Assembly: GCA_030679255.1 (NCBI GenBank)
Contig: JAUXTO010000013.1
Coordinates: 190,189 to 254,188, forward strand
Direction: 5' to 3'
From: Candidatus Gottesmanbacteria bacterium
Lineage (GTDB): Bacteria; Patescibacteriota; Microgenomatia; UBA10105; UBA927
Length of the DNA: 64,000 nt
Below are positions 19,375 to 28,488 of this stretch, one piece after another (within the stretch, counting starts at the first letter, position 1; each line of letters starts with the position of its first letter). The translations under genes were made by a program, and so were the position numbers. Under the pieces are notes generated by a model, which was not told the origin of the DNA, did not search any database, and saw only the letters and a program-made list of their open reading frames with translations.

Positions 19375-20340
19375 TCACGAAGCTGGGACTTCCCATCGGT
19401 GGTTAGCAAATACCCAATCGATGAGCTTGGTGGTATCGATGAAGCGGTCTTTACTTTTGAGAACCACAATAATCACACGATGTCCCCCGCGCTCAACGAG
19501 CGTCACAAGGTTCTCCCCCGATTCCTCAGTCCACCCGGTTTTAATGCCGCCGACACCGGGAATTTTACCCAAAAGTGCGTTGACGTTTGTGAGATTATGA
19601 AAATACGTATGGGTGACGTCAGAAATGGTAATCTGCGGGATAGCGACCATTTTGACAATCGTTTTATTGGAAAGGGCAACTCCCGCCAGTCGCGCGAGAT
19701 CCATAGGAGTCATTTTATGCGTCGGATCATCAAAGCCTACGGGATTGGTAAAATGTGATTGGGTTAGATGGAGCGTCTTTGCTTTCTCATTCATGGCCAC
19801 GACGAACGCTCCCACTCCACCAGGATAGTTTTCGGCGAGCGCATAGGCAGCATCATTACCGGACTGGATAAGCGCGCCGTACAGAAGATTTTCAACCGTA
19901 ATCCGCTCGCCTGCCACAAGCTTCATCGAGGCCCCGCTATTCTGGAGTGTTTTAACCGTCATAACGTCATCCAAAGAAAACATATCAAGGGTCACGAGTG
20001 CGGTCAAAATTTTTGTTGTCGATGCAGGAGAAAATGATTCATAACTATTGCGCTGAAAAAGCACGACTCCCGAGTTAACATCTACTATGACGACGCCTCC
20101 CGCCGTGACCTCATCACCGGGATGCACACCAGTGACATTGGTAGGATACGGCGCAATCGAAGGAAGAGGAAATGGGATGGTAAAATCGCTTGAAGTGTTT
20201 CCCGGAGTCATCATCAATAAACGGTTCTGTCCTGGGTACCAAAGAAAAAATCCGGCAAGAATAACAAGGTACAAAATTTTATGCCATGCACCTCGAATCC
20301 ACGGACTGGAATGCTGGTAGACAATTTTATCTTTGGGCAT
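19375..20340 (-). CDS. D-alanyl-D-alanine carboxypeptidase (S11 peptidase, PBP5-like)
   Basis: SxxK (ASTTK), SGN (QSGND), KTG (IKTGWT) motifs. Confidence 0.8.
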   Translation of the reverse strand: MPKDKIVYQHSSPWIRGAWHKILYLVILAGFFLWYPGQNRLLMMTPGNTSSDFTIPFPLPSIAPYPTNVTGVHPGDEVTAGGVVIVDVNSGVVLFQRNSYESFSPASTTKILTALVTLDMFSLDDVMTVKTLQNSGASMKLVAGERITVENLLYGALIQSGNDAAYALAENYPGGVGAFVVAMNEKAKTLHLTQSHFTNPVGFDDPTHKMTPMDLARLAGVALSNKTIVKMVAIPQITISDVTHTYFHNLTNVNALLGKIPGVGGIKTGWTEESGENLVTLVERGGHRVIIVVLKSKDRFIDTTKLIDWVFANHRWEVPAS

Positions 20341-20343
20341 GAA

Positions 20344-21744
20344 TTATACTTTTTTTGGTCGTACCGATATTCCTAACTCAAGAAGTTGTTCGGCAGAAGC
20401 CTCGCTCGGTGCGTCCATGACAGATATCTGACCGGAGGCGTTTGCCGGATACGCCATAACTTCGCGCACACTTGGCTCGCCAAGGATTGCCATAAGGAAA
20501 CGGTCTATGCCCGGCGCGATACCCCCATGCGGCGGTACGCCATAGGTGAAAGCCGTGAGCATGTGGTTAAACTGTGCTTTTTGCGCTTCGGTAAATCCGA
20601 TGAGGTCAAATACTTTTTCCTGGACTTCTTTCTGGTGAATTCTGATGCTGCCGCCGCCCACCTCATACCCATTGAGCACTAAATCATGCTGCAGACCACG
20701 GACTTTAAGCGGATTGGTCTCCAGAAGCCCGATATCATCCGGGTGAGGGCTCGTAAACATATGATGAGACGGAGCAAATTTTGCTTTCCCCGATCCATGA
20801 TAGAAGTCTTCTTGGGATTGCTCGGTAAAGAGCGGAAAATCCACCGTCCAGGAAAAGGCAAGCTCGTTGGGATCCTTTTTATCACGCCGGAGATCCGGTT
20901 TATCCGTCCCATATTTGGCTTTGGCCTCGCCGTGCGGGATCCGCGGCCATGGAGACTGGGAAATATGCTTTTCGGGAAACAGTTCGGCAACAAGTTTGGT
21001 AAAAAGATCTTCGGCTAGCGTGATAATGTCGTTTTGGGTGATGAAGGACATCTCCATATCAAGTTGGGTAAATTCGCCGTACGCGCGGTCATGGCGTGGG
21101 TCCTCATCGCGGAAACAGCGCGCGATCTGGAAGTACCGCTCAAATCCTGCGACCATGAGGAGCTGTTTATATTGCTGCGGGCTCTGGGGAAGAGCGTAAA
21201 ACTTGCCTTTCTGCAGCCGCGACGGCACGATGAAGTCACGGGCGCCCTCCGGCGTGGTTTTAGTGAGTATTGGCGTTTCTATTTCAACGAAATCCAGAGC
21301 GTTCAAATAATTGCGGATAAACATGGTCATCTTTGAACGCAAGCGGATATTCCTGTTCATCCGCGGACGGCGCATATCGAGATACCGGTACTTGAGCCGG
21401 ACTTCTTCGTTAATCTCCAATCCATCCGTATCTATAGGAAACGGAAGCTCCCGGGCTTTGGATACTATCTTGAGCTCCTTAACTTCCACTTCAACTGTGC
21501 CTGTAGGAATCTTCGGGTTGACCATGGATGCAGGGCGTTCTTTGACTAATCCAATAACTTCGATAACATCTTCAGGACGGGCATCGCCCTTATCTTTGGT
21601 CGAAACCAATTGTACTAGCCCTGACCGGTCCCGGAGATCCAAAAACATGATCTTCCCGTGATCGCGCCGCGCCCCAACCCAACCTTGGAGGAGAACTTCC
21701 TGGCCGACCTTTTGAATTGTTTCTAAACTTAATATCCTGTTCAT
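20344..21744 (-). CDS. aspS: aspartyl-tRNA synthetase, short archaeal/eukaryal-type (no GAD insertion domain)
   Basis: N-terminal OB fold, FQIARCFRDED motif 2, GGGSIRIH motif 3; 466 aa. Confidence 0.8.
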   Translation of the reverse strand: MNRILSLETIQKVGQEVLLQGWVGARRDHGKIMFLDLRDRSGLVQLVSTKDKGDARPEDVIEVIGLVKERPASMVNPKIPTGTVEVEVKELKIVSKARELPFPIDTDGLEINEEVRLKYRYLDMRRPRMNRNIRLRSKMTMFIRNYLNALDFVEIETPILTKTTPEGARDFIVPSRLQKGKFYALPQSPQQYKQLLMVAGFERYFQIARCFRDEDPRHDRAYGEFTQLDMEMSFITQNDIITLAEDLFTKLVAELFPEKHISQSPWPRIPHGEAKAKYGTDKPDLRRDKKDPNELAFSWTVDFPLFTEQSQEDFYHGSGKAKFAPSHHMFTSPHPDDIGLLETNPLKVRGLQHDLVLNGYEVGGGSIRIHQKEVQEKVFDLIGFTEAQKAQFNHMLTAFTYGVPPHGGIAPGIDRFLMAILGEPSVREVMAYPANASGQISVMDAPSEASAEQLLELGISVRPKKV

Positions 21745-22487
21745 GGTTGTTCCTTTCTGTATGATAATCTATTGTAGACCTGTTGACTATCGCCCAAGGC
21801 AAATGTTACCGCTGACTGAGCCAAAATCTGTGTAGGGTTAACGAGTAGACACCGAACATCGCCTTCCTGAAACACTAGAGGAATCTCCGTACATCCCATG
21901 ATAATAGTTCTGATGCCCTTCTTAGTGAGATGCTCCACCGCTAACCTTAATAAAACTTCTGGAATCCCACGGGTGAACCCTGCCTTAATACCTCGTGAGC
22001 CATAAATTGCCTCCATGACGTTCCTCTCTTGAACGCTCATTGGCGGAACGATTATTTCGAGCCCATAACGAGAAAAAGTGTCGTGATAGATCTTTGTCTT
22101 TATGGTACCTGTTGTAGCGAGCAAACCAACTCGTTTCTCTTCCTGCCCCAGGCTAATCACGTATTTGGCGGTTTCTTCAATCATGTTAATGATCGGAATT
22201 CTCACCTTTTTTTGTAATTGATCGATAAAAGCGTGTGCTGTATTACACGGAATAATACAAAAGTCAGCACCCCCCTTTTCTAATACCTTTGCGGCTTTTA
22301 CCAGGTACGGAAGAGGGTCTTTCCCGCCATAAAGGAGTGCTCGTGTTCTATCTGGAATTTGCGGCAAACTATAAATCAACGTTGGGACATGGTCTTGATC
22401 TTTTTTGGCGGGCGTAAGTTTAATAATCCAACGATACAGATCCAACGTTGCCTCCGGACCAACACCGCCAATGATACCAATGGTTTT
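21741..22487 (-). CDS. aspartate/glutamate racemase family protein
   Basis: MKTIGIIGGVGPEATLDLY N-terminus; CNTAH and GCTE catalytic-Cys motifs; start at MKTIG. Confidence 0.7.
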   Translation of the reverse strand, partial: KTIGIIGGVGPEATLDLYRWIIKLTPAKKDQDHVPTLIYSLPQIPDRTRALLYGGKDPLPYLVKAAKVLEKGGADFCIIPCNTAHAFIDQLQKKVRIPIINMIEETAKYVISLGQEEKRVGLLATTGTIKTKIYHDTFSRYGLEIIVPPMSVQERNVMEAIYGSRGIKAGFTRGIPEVLLRLAVEHLTKKGIRTIIMGCTEIPLVFQEGDVRCLLVNPTQILAQSAVTFALGDSQQVYNRLSYRKEQP

Positions 22488-22494
22488 CATCGGT

Positions 22495-23598
22495 TTAATC
22501 ATAACTATTCGCCTCCTCATCACTTGGCCAACCAAGAGACTTCTGGCAAAACTCGAAAGAGTAATTCATCCACTCTTCGACCCCCTCTTCATAGGAGCGC
22601 TCCGGGGAGCCTAAAAATGTAGCTATACTTCTTGTAAATTGTGACCGTGGGTCATCCACCAGTCCCCTAGCAAATTCAGCAAGAAAAGGAAGATATCGCC
22701 CATCTGTCTTTTCTTGCAAAGAACTCATTTCTTGACTAACTTCTGATCCTAACGGGCTATATCGACTTCTGATTCTTCCTTCTCCTTCACCATGCGTTTC
22801 AACCGCCTTGAGAGGCTCTCTTAACATATATCGTCCAGATGCAGCAATATCAAGCAACGTAGGCTCGCCTGTTCGCGAGTAGTAAGCAGCACCAAACCCT
22901 GCGTAGGTTTGCAACAAAATCGGTGAAAAGTTTTCCCCATAGGTTTCAGCGATAATTTTTACCACCTCTTGGAAGGGCCGCTCTGTTATGCCGCCAGTAC
23001 CAATGACCAATCCTTCACTTTCTGCCAACACTCCATATGATAATCCATGCCTGAGCGCATAAACGAGCGAACCGCCGGATTTTTTTGCAAGCGCCTTGAT
23101 TGCCGGTGGCATTTTGTCAGCCACAGCGCCAGACCATTGTCCAATCAAATGCAGTGCGCCTTCGTTATAGGGCAGCCAAGCAAATTTTACCCTTGATAGA
23201 AGATCTGGATAAAATCGTTCTACAAAGCGAAACACCAGTTCTGCCGCCACGGCAGACCCTGCAAAAATTTCCTCCTCGTCCAAGAGTACTCCCCGTGGAT
23301 CAACTTTCGTTTCATAGAGTTGCCAGAGTGGTGATTGAAAAACATACAGATTAGGCGGCTCTATCCCCATGCTTTGCACTGTTCTCATGGCTTCTAATTG
23401 AGGAAGTATGCAAACCGGAGTTCGCGGAGAAGGAACCGGGTCTCCGCCGAGACATATTTGAAATCGTGCCTCATGCAATAAATTAGGTTTGGCAGCCATG
23501 GCGAGCAAGGCCCCTTCGGGCCTTTCATAGGTAGCGGTAGCGCCATTGGTTAAAGCGCTGCCAATCATTTCCGGTGATAATGCTTCATGTAACATACG
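22495..23598 (-). CDS. hypothetical protein (GC-richer than surroundings)
   Basis: long ORF, no recognised motif; start uncertain (23598 or 23646). Confidence 0.35.
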   Translation of the reverse strand, partial: RMLHEALSPEMIGSALTNGATATYERPEGALLAMAAKPNLLHEARFQICLGGDPVPSPRTPVCILPQLEAMRTVQSMGIEPPNLYVFQSPLWQLYETKVDPRGVLLDEEEIFAGSAVAAELVFRFVERFYPDLLSRVKFAWLPYNEGALHLIGQWSGAVADKMPPAIKALAKKSGGSLVYALRHGLSYGVLAESEGLVIGTGGITERPFQEVVKIIAETYGENFSPILLQTYAGFGAAYYSRTGEPTLLDIAASGRYMLREPLKAVETHGEGEGRIRSRYSPLGSEVSQEMSSLQEKTDGRYLPFLAEFARGLVDDPRSQFTRSIATFLGSPERSYEEGVEEWMNYSFEFCQKSLGWPSDEEANSYD

Positions 23599-23872
23599 TT
23601 TTTCCACAAAAAAAACTCGTCCACATACCGAATATTTTCGGTACAAGGGCGAGTTCTTTCGAATCGCGGTGCCACCTTGCTTATTTCTCTCAAGCGCTCC
23701 GCTTCCTGCGACACGCTCTTTGTGCTATCACGGGCACTTCCCGTCGAGGTCTAATTTCCGAAAGGATTTCTTCTCGAGGCTCTGGCTTGTTAGGCCGTCA
23801 TCGCCTTTCGTTCAATTATAAAAGCAGTCTACCACACTACTCTTTTCTCGTCAAATTTTCTGTCAGATCAGA

Positions 23873-24226
23873 CTACTCTAGTACGACAGAAATTTTACGT
23901 AAATCCAAAACAAACTTTAATCCGGTAAGAAACTCAATACCGACCAATCCTTCGCTGCTCTTCGTAAAAAATGCACTCACCCTTTTTATTGTCTTACCGT
24001 ACCGTACCTGCACATTATAGACGGTAAACAACACTATGGTACCGTCTGCAAGCTCATACTCCTGATATCCAATAGGCTCTTGTTTCATCTGTGATTTATA
24101 CGATTCCGGCAAGACCAGTCCACCGGAAAATCCTGTATCGATCAAGCAATCAATAGCTATCCATGCGGAAAACGAGACGTCCAGACGAAGTCGCGGACTG
24201 TTGCGTAAGCCAAGATATGGATTCAT
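23873..24226 (-). CDS. retropepsin-like (clan AA) aspartic protease
   Basis: IDTGFSGGLVLP with catalytic DTG, 117 aa. Confidence 0.6.
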   Translation of the reverse strand: MNPYLGLRNSPRLRLDVSFSAWIAIDCLIDTGFSGGLVLPESYKSQMKQEPIGYQEYELADGTIVLFTVYNVQVRYGKTIKRVSAFFTKSSEGLVGIEFLTGLKFVLDLRKISVVLE

Positions 24227-24456
24227 TTGAGGACGCCGGCAACTCTGCCAACTTGGGCAATGAAGAACTGCTTTTTGGGAAATTTTGCTTTTGCCTTACT
24301 CGCGGATTCAATAGGAGTTTTACCCACAAAATACTTGCCAGAATTTACTTCAATACTAACATAGTCGGCTAAATTATATTTCTTTTCGAGCCGAGACTTA
24401 ATCTGATAATAGATCATTTTTCCTTTTTCGACAATCTCCCGTGGCGAAATGTTCAT
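24223..24456 (-). CDS. small hypothetical protein (DUF5678-like pattern) overlapping retropepsin gene by 4 bp
   Basis: 77 aa; promoter TTGTCA-17-TATACT 9 nt upstream of ATG on minus strand. Confidence 0.4.
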   Translation of the reverse strand: MNISPREIVEKGKMIYYQIKSRLEKKYNLADYVSIEVNSGKYFVGKTPIESASKAKAKFPKKQFFIAQVGRVAGVLK

Positions 24457-24738
24457 AATAACCTTAGTATATTCCCTTTTTCCCCTCTTGACAACCAGCG
24501 CCGTGAGATGATATAAAAACTATGTCCTATGGCCGCATCCAGGAATAATTTAAACGCTTTTTAATTTGAAGATGCGGCACAAGGGCTGTATCAGTAAATC
24601 CCTAGGAAGCTATTTACTGACGATCCCTATGCAAACCAACGGTCACCAATTTATTCACGTCCTCCTTATTAACCCCGCACGAAGCGGGGCGAGGGGTCGT
24701 GTGGTGATTGACTAATTTTTCTAAAAAACATTCACACG

Positions 24739-24763
24739 AACCCCGCCAATAAGCGGGGTTTTT
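24739..24763 (+). terminator. Rho-independent terminator hairpin CCCCGC-CAATAA-GCGGGG followed by TTTTT
   Basis: seen in sequence; no plus-strand CDS upstream, which implies a non-coding transcript. Confidence 0.5.
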
Positions 24764-24895
24764 GATGGCTCGTTAGTGAACAAATTCTTATTTGTGAGCT
24801 TACGAGCCGATCAATCCGCCAGCAATCGCAGCACGAGCCGCGCTACGAATAGTAGGTAAGGCGAGTGCTTAGATGCGGCGGATTATGGAGGAAAT

Positions 24896-25129
24896 ATGGG
24901 AGAATTAGTATCACAATTTGATCCGACTGACCAATCATCATCTGTAGAGGGTGAAACGGGAGGTGGTGGAGATAAAAATATACCGGAAAACCCGTGGCGA
25001 ATTCCTGGTGGTTTAGCTATTCTATGGCCAGAAGCTGTTAGATACGGATGGACGGAAGATATAGGTTTGGATTCAACACAAAAAGCTGTACTAGTAGCGA
25101 CAAAAAAATTAATTGGAGGGGAGGTGTAA
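24896..25129 (+). CDS. hypothetical small protein
   Basis: GGAGG SD 6 nt upstream of ATG; no homology recognised. Confidence 0.3.
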   Translation: MGELVSQFDPTDQSSSVEGETGGGGDKNIPENPWRIPGGLAILWPEAVRYGWTEDIGLDSTQKAVLVATKKLIGGEV

Positions 25130-25297
25130 ATGTATGATATATATTCGACAGAATAAAGAAATACCAGGCACAGGATCAGGAAGCGGCGACGGTACTTTTG
25201 AGCCAGACGCCGAACCATCTCCTCAGCCAGTACCACAACCAACGCCGAAACCTCAAAATTAAGCGGAGTTAAAATCACTAAACAATAAATTACACCA

Positions 25298-27022
25298 TTA
25301 CACGATATGGATGTCTTTAATTTTAAGTTGAAGCCTGGAGCTGCCATTCCAGGTGTTCATGTCAATGGTATAAGCAAGGTCCACTTGTGCATCCTTCTGT
25401 AATGATCCATAGAGACTTCCTTGGTTAAAGGCTATTGCGTCCAAGAGATGAGTCGAATGGGGCTCATGGATCTCATGGGTCAGATGAATAGATGGGGAAA
25501 CCTTTAATTTGAGGTGCTTGCCGGTCGCGCCGACGAGGCGTGCTTCTTTGACAAGGAGGCATCTTGTCACAAAGACCGGCTCGGGATTACCGAAACCGAA
25601 TGGTTGAAATTGTTGGAGTGCCGTATATAACTCCATCGTCACGAACTCTAACGGAATTTCCGAATCGATTTTAAGCGAACGTGTCAGCATATCTTCCGTA
25701 ATTTCCTTTTTTGCCAATTGCTCGAGCCGCGCCTGCAACGATTCTAGATGCTTATTCTCAACAGTAAACCCTGCAGCCATCGGGTGTCCGCCGACGTCAA
25801 TGAGAATATCGCTGCACGCGCGGATCGCCTCGACAATATTAAATCCGCTGATCGATCGCGCCGATGCTTTACTGATACTCTCTCCTTTGCTTGCCACGAT
25901 CGCCGGCAGGTAATATTCTTCCATAAGTTTTCCCGCGACCAATCCGATCACGCCTGGGTTGTAGGATTCGTGGGAAACAAATAATAATTTCAATGATGAA
26001 TGCTGAATGATGAATGATGAAACAAGATTTTTGGCGTGGAGGACCGTCTCTTCTGTCAATTTTTGCCGGTCGCGGTTGGTCATTCCCAATTTTTCGGCAA
26101 GCATACTCGCTTTATCTTTTTGTTTCGTGCATAAAAGCCGGAGCGCGTCCATGGCGTGTTCGAGCCTGCCCATGGCGTTCAAGCGCGGAGCAAGCATGTG
26201 AGAAACGGTAAATACATCCAGAGCCCCACGGGTCAATCCTGCATCGGTCATGAGCGCCTCGAGCCCCACCCGTTTCGTATCATTGAGTGCAGCCAATCCA
26301 TATTTGACGATGGAACGGTTGGGACCGGTGAGCTGCACTAAATCTGCAATCGTTCCGATAGCCGCAAGAGCGATATGATCATTTAATGCTGAATGCTGAA
26401 TGCTCAATGATGAATGCTTTTGTAATTCCTTTGATAAAAACCAGGAAACGCCGGAACCAGAAAGCTTCGTCGTATGGACAATCGTGCAGTCCGGAAGTTT
26501 GTCGGGCTTGACGTGGTGGTCCGTAACAATGACTTCTATCCCCTTCTCTCGGGCATACTCTACTTTTTCCCATGCCGTAATCCCATGGTCAACGGTGATA
26601 ATGAGCGTTGGATCAAATTGTGCGCGTACTGCGTCTATTCCTTTTCGTGACAATCCATACCCTTCCTCTACCCTGTGGGGAATGTAAGGCATTGCACTCG
26701 CCCCCAAACTATGGAGCGTCTCCCACATGATGGCCCCCGCAGTGATGCCATCTGCGTCATAGTCTGCATAGACGACTATGGATTCTTTGTCCTGAATGGC
26801 TTTTTGGATGCGTTTGATGGCTTTGGAAAGCGAGGCCTTGTCTATACCAACGTCAGAGGCGGTAAGTTTGGAAGGATCGGGAGAATTCAGAAAGAGTTCG
26901 ATATCTTTTCTTGTCTTGAGCCCCCTATTTTTTAATAAAATCTTGACAATGTCTTCAACTTTCCCAGCCATAGGCTGGTCCGCCTCTGGCGGAGACTTGG
27001 CGGCAATTTCCCATTTCTTCAT
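25298..27022 (-). CDS. recJ: single-stranded-DNA-specific exonuclease RecJ
   Basis: DHH (VYADYDADGITAG, VDHGI) and DHHA1 motifs, C-terminal OB fold; contains two in-frame heptamer-repeat tracts. Confidence 0.85.
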   Translation of the reverse strand: MKKWEIAAKSPPEADQPMAGKVEDIVKILLKNRGLKTRKDIELFLNSPDPSKLTASDVGIDKASLSKAIKRIQKAIQDKESIVVYADYDADGITAGAIMWETLHSLGASAMPYIPHRVEEGYGLSRKGIDAVRAQFDPTLIITVDHGITAWEKVEYAREKGIEVIVTDHHVKPDKLPDCTIVHTTKLSGSGVSWFLSKELQKHSSLSIQHSALNDHIALAAIGTIADLVQLTGPNRSIVKYGLAALNDTKRVGLEALMTDAGLTRGALDVFTVSHMLAPRLNAMGRLEHAMDALRLLCTKQKDKASMLAEKLGMTNRDRQKLTEETVLHAKNLVSSFIIQHSSLKLLFVSHESYNPGVIGLVAGKLMEEYYLPAIVASKGESISKASARSISGFNIVEAIRACSDILIDVGGHPMAAGFTVENKHLESLQARLEQLAKKEITEDMLTRSLKIDSEIPLEFVTMELYTALQQFQPFGFGNPEPVFVTRCLLVKEARLVGATGKHLKLKVSPSIHLTHEIHEPHSTHLLDAIAFNQGSLYGSLQKDAQVDLAYTIDMNTWNGSSRLQLKIKDIHIV

Positions 27023-27045
27023 GGGCTCTATGATATCATACGGCC

Positions 27046-28440
27046 ATGATATCCCTTCCCAAAACAGCCCAGACTGTCATCGATACCCTCAAAAAAGCGG
27101 GGTTTGAAGCGTATGCAGTGGGAGGATCAGTGCGGGACACGATCATGGGAAGACCAACGAAAGGTTGGGACTTTACGACCAACGCAAAACCTGAGGAAGT
27201 ACTTGCGCTTTTTCCGGATAGTTTCTATGACAATCAGTTTGGGACGGTTGGAGTGAAAATATATAAGTCGTCAGTCGTCAGTCGTCAGTCGTCAGATGAA
27301 ATCGAAGATATCTACGAAATAACCACGTATAGAAGCGAGAAGGGATACACGGATCGGAGGCATCCGGATACCGTCATCTGGGGAAATACCATTGAGGAAG
27401 ATCTTGCCCGACGCGATTTTACGATCAATGCAATCGCCTCCGACGGACAAAAGCTCATCGATCCCTATGATGGACAAAAGGATCTCCATACAAAAATCAT
27501 CCGGTCAGTCGGTGATCCTAAAGATCGATTTGCAGAAGACGCCCTCCGTATGATGCGGGCCGTGAGACTGGCCGCTGAACTAGGATTTAGTATCGAAGAG
27601 TCAACTCTCGCCGGAATTACAACAAACGCCGGACTTTTGACGAATATTTCTCTGGAACGCATACGAGACGAACTTCTCAGGATCCTCGCCGCACAATTTG
27701 CTTCTGACGCAATCCTCGTGCTCAAAGCAACCGGCCTTCTTTCGCACATTATCCCGGAATTTGACGCGGCGTTTAGTACGCCACAAAAAAGTCCCAAACG
27801 CCACCATATCTACGATGTTGGTACCCACAGCGTGATGGCACTTAAATTTTGTCCCTCTGCTGATCCCATTGTACGGCTCGCGACACTTCTCCATGACATC
27901 GGTAAACCAAAAACCTTTCATAAAGACGAGACCGGTCTCATCACGTTTTATAACCATGAAGTCGCGGGAACGCGAATGGTGAGAACCATTGTAGAGCGCC
28001 TTCGGCTTTCTAAAAAACAAGCAGAACTCGTCCTCACGCTCGTCCGCTGGCATCAATTCAGTGTCGACGAACGCCAAACAGACGCGGCTCTCCGGCGGTT
28101 CATACGCCGCGTAGGCAAAGAGAATCTGGAAGCTATGTTGGCCCTACGGATCGGAGACCGTTTAGGTGGCGGAGCGCTCGAGACGTCGTGGCGGCTTGAA
28201 CTTTATAAAAAACGTCTGGTGGAGGTTCAAAAACAACCCTTTACGGTCCACGACCTCCTCGTCGACGGCCATGATGTGATGAGCGAGCTCAGGGTGAAAC
28301 CCGGACCCATCATTGGAAAAATCTTAGATCAATTGTTCGCCGAAGTTGAAAAAGGCACACTCACAAATAAACGGGAGGCTCTGTTGAATCGAATAAAAGA
28401 GCTTAAATCTACGAATTATGAATCTACGAATAATAATTAG
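27046..28440 (+). CDS. cca: CCA-adding tRNA nucleotidyltransferase with HD domain
   Basis: AYAVGGSVRD...GWDFTT PolBeta-NT head, HD motif LLHDIGK. Confidence 0.8.
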   Translation: MISLPKTAQTVIDTLKKAGFEAYAVGGSVRDTIMGRPTKGWDFTTNAKPEEVLALFPDSFYDNQFGTVGVKIYKSSVVSRQSSDEIEDIYEITTYRSEKGYTDRRHPDTVIWGNTIEEDLARRDFTINAIASDGQKLIDPYDGQKDLHTKIIRSVGDPKDRFAEDALRMMRAVRLAAELGFSIEESTLAGITTNAGLLTNISLERIRDELLRILAAQFASDAILVLKATGLLSHIIPEFDAAFSTPQKSPKRHHIYDVGTHSVMALKFCPSADPIVRLATLLHDIGKPKTFHKDETGLITFYNHEVAGTRMVRTIVERLRLSKKQAELVLTLVRWHQFSVDERQTDAALRRFIRRVGKENLEAMLALRIGDRLGGGALETSWRLELYKKRLVEVQKQPFTVHDLLVDGHDVMSELRVKPGPIIGKILDQLFAEVEKGTLTNKREALLNRIKELKSTNYESTNNN

Positions 28441-28488
28441 AATAATGTAAATACGTTCCCCATTCGTAGATTTATAGATTCATCATTT

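Noticed and set aside
23650-23870. Possible SRP (4.5S) RNA on the minus strand, because of AGGAAGCGG and GAAA-capped hairpins
   Set aside because: The conserved helix-8 motif (GGUCCGGAAGGAAGCAGC) could not be reconstructed; left as an unassigned intergenic region.
24480-24780. tmRNA (ANQRSPIYSRPPY-stop reading frame beginning GCA AAC)
   Set aside because: There is no tRNA-like T-arm or 3' acceptor, and the C-terminal tag does not end in the usual hydrophobic A/LAA; treated only as a candidate ncRNA.
25135-25262. 42-codon Pro-rich micro-ORF (…GSGSGDGTFEPDAEPSPQPVPQPTPKPQN) after the 24896-25129 ORF
   Set aside because: No SD, low-complexity, and it overlaps the RecJ C-terminal coding region on the other strand; likely chance.
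24883-25347. 154-aa minus-strand ORF
   Set aside because: It overlaps both the SD-preceded plus-strand ORF and the recJ terminus; no motif.
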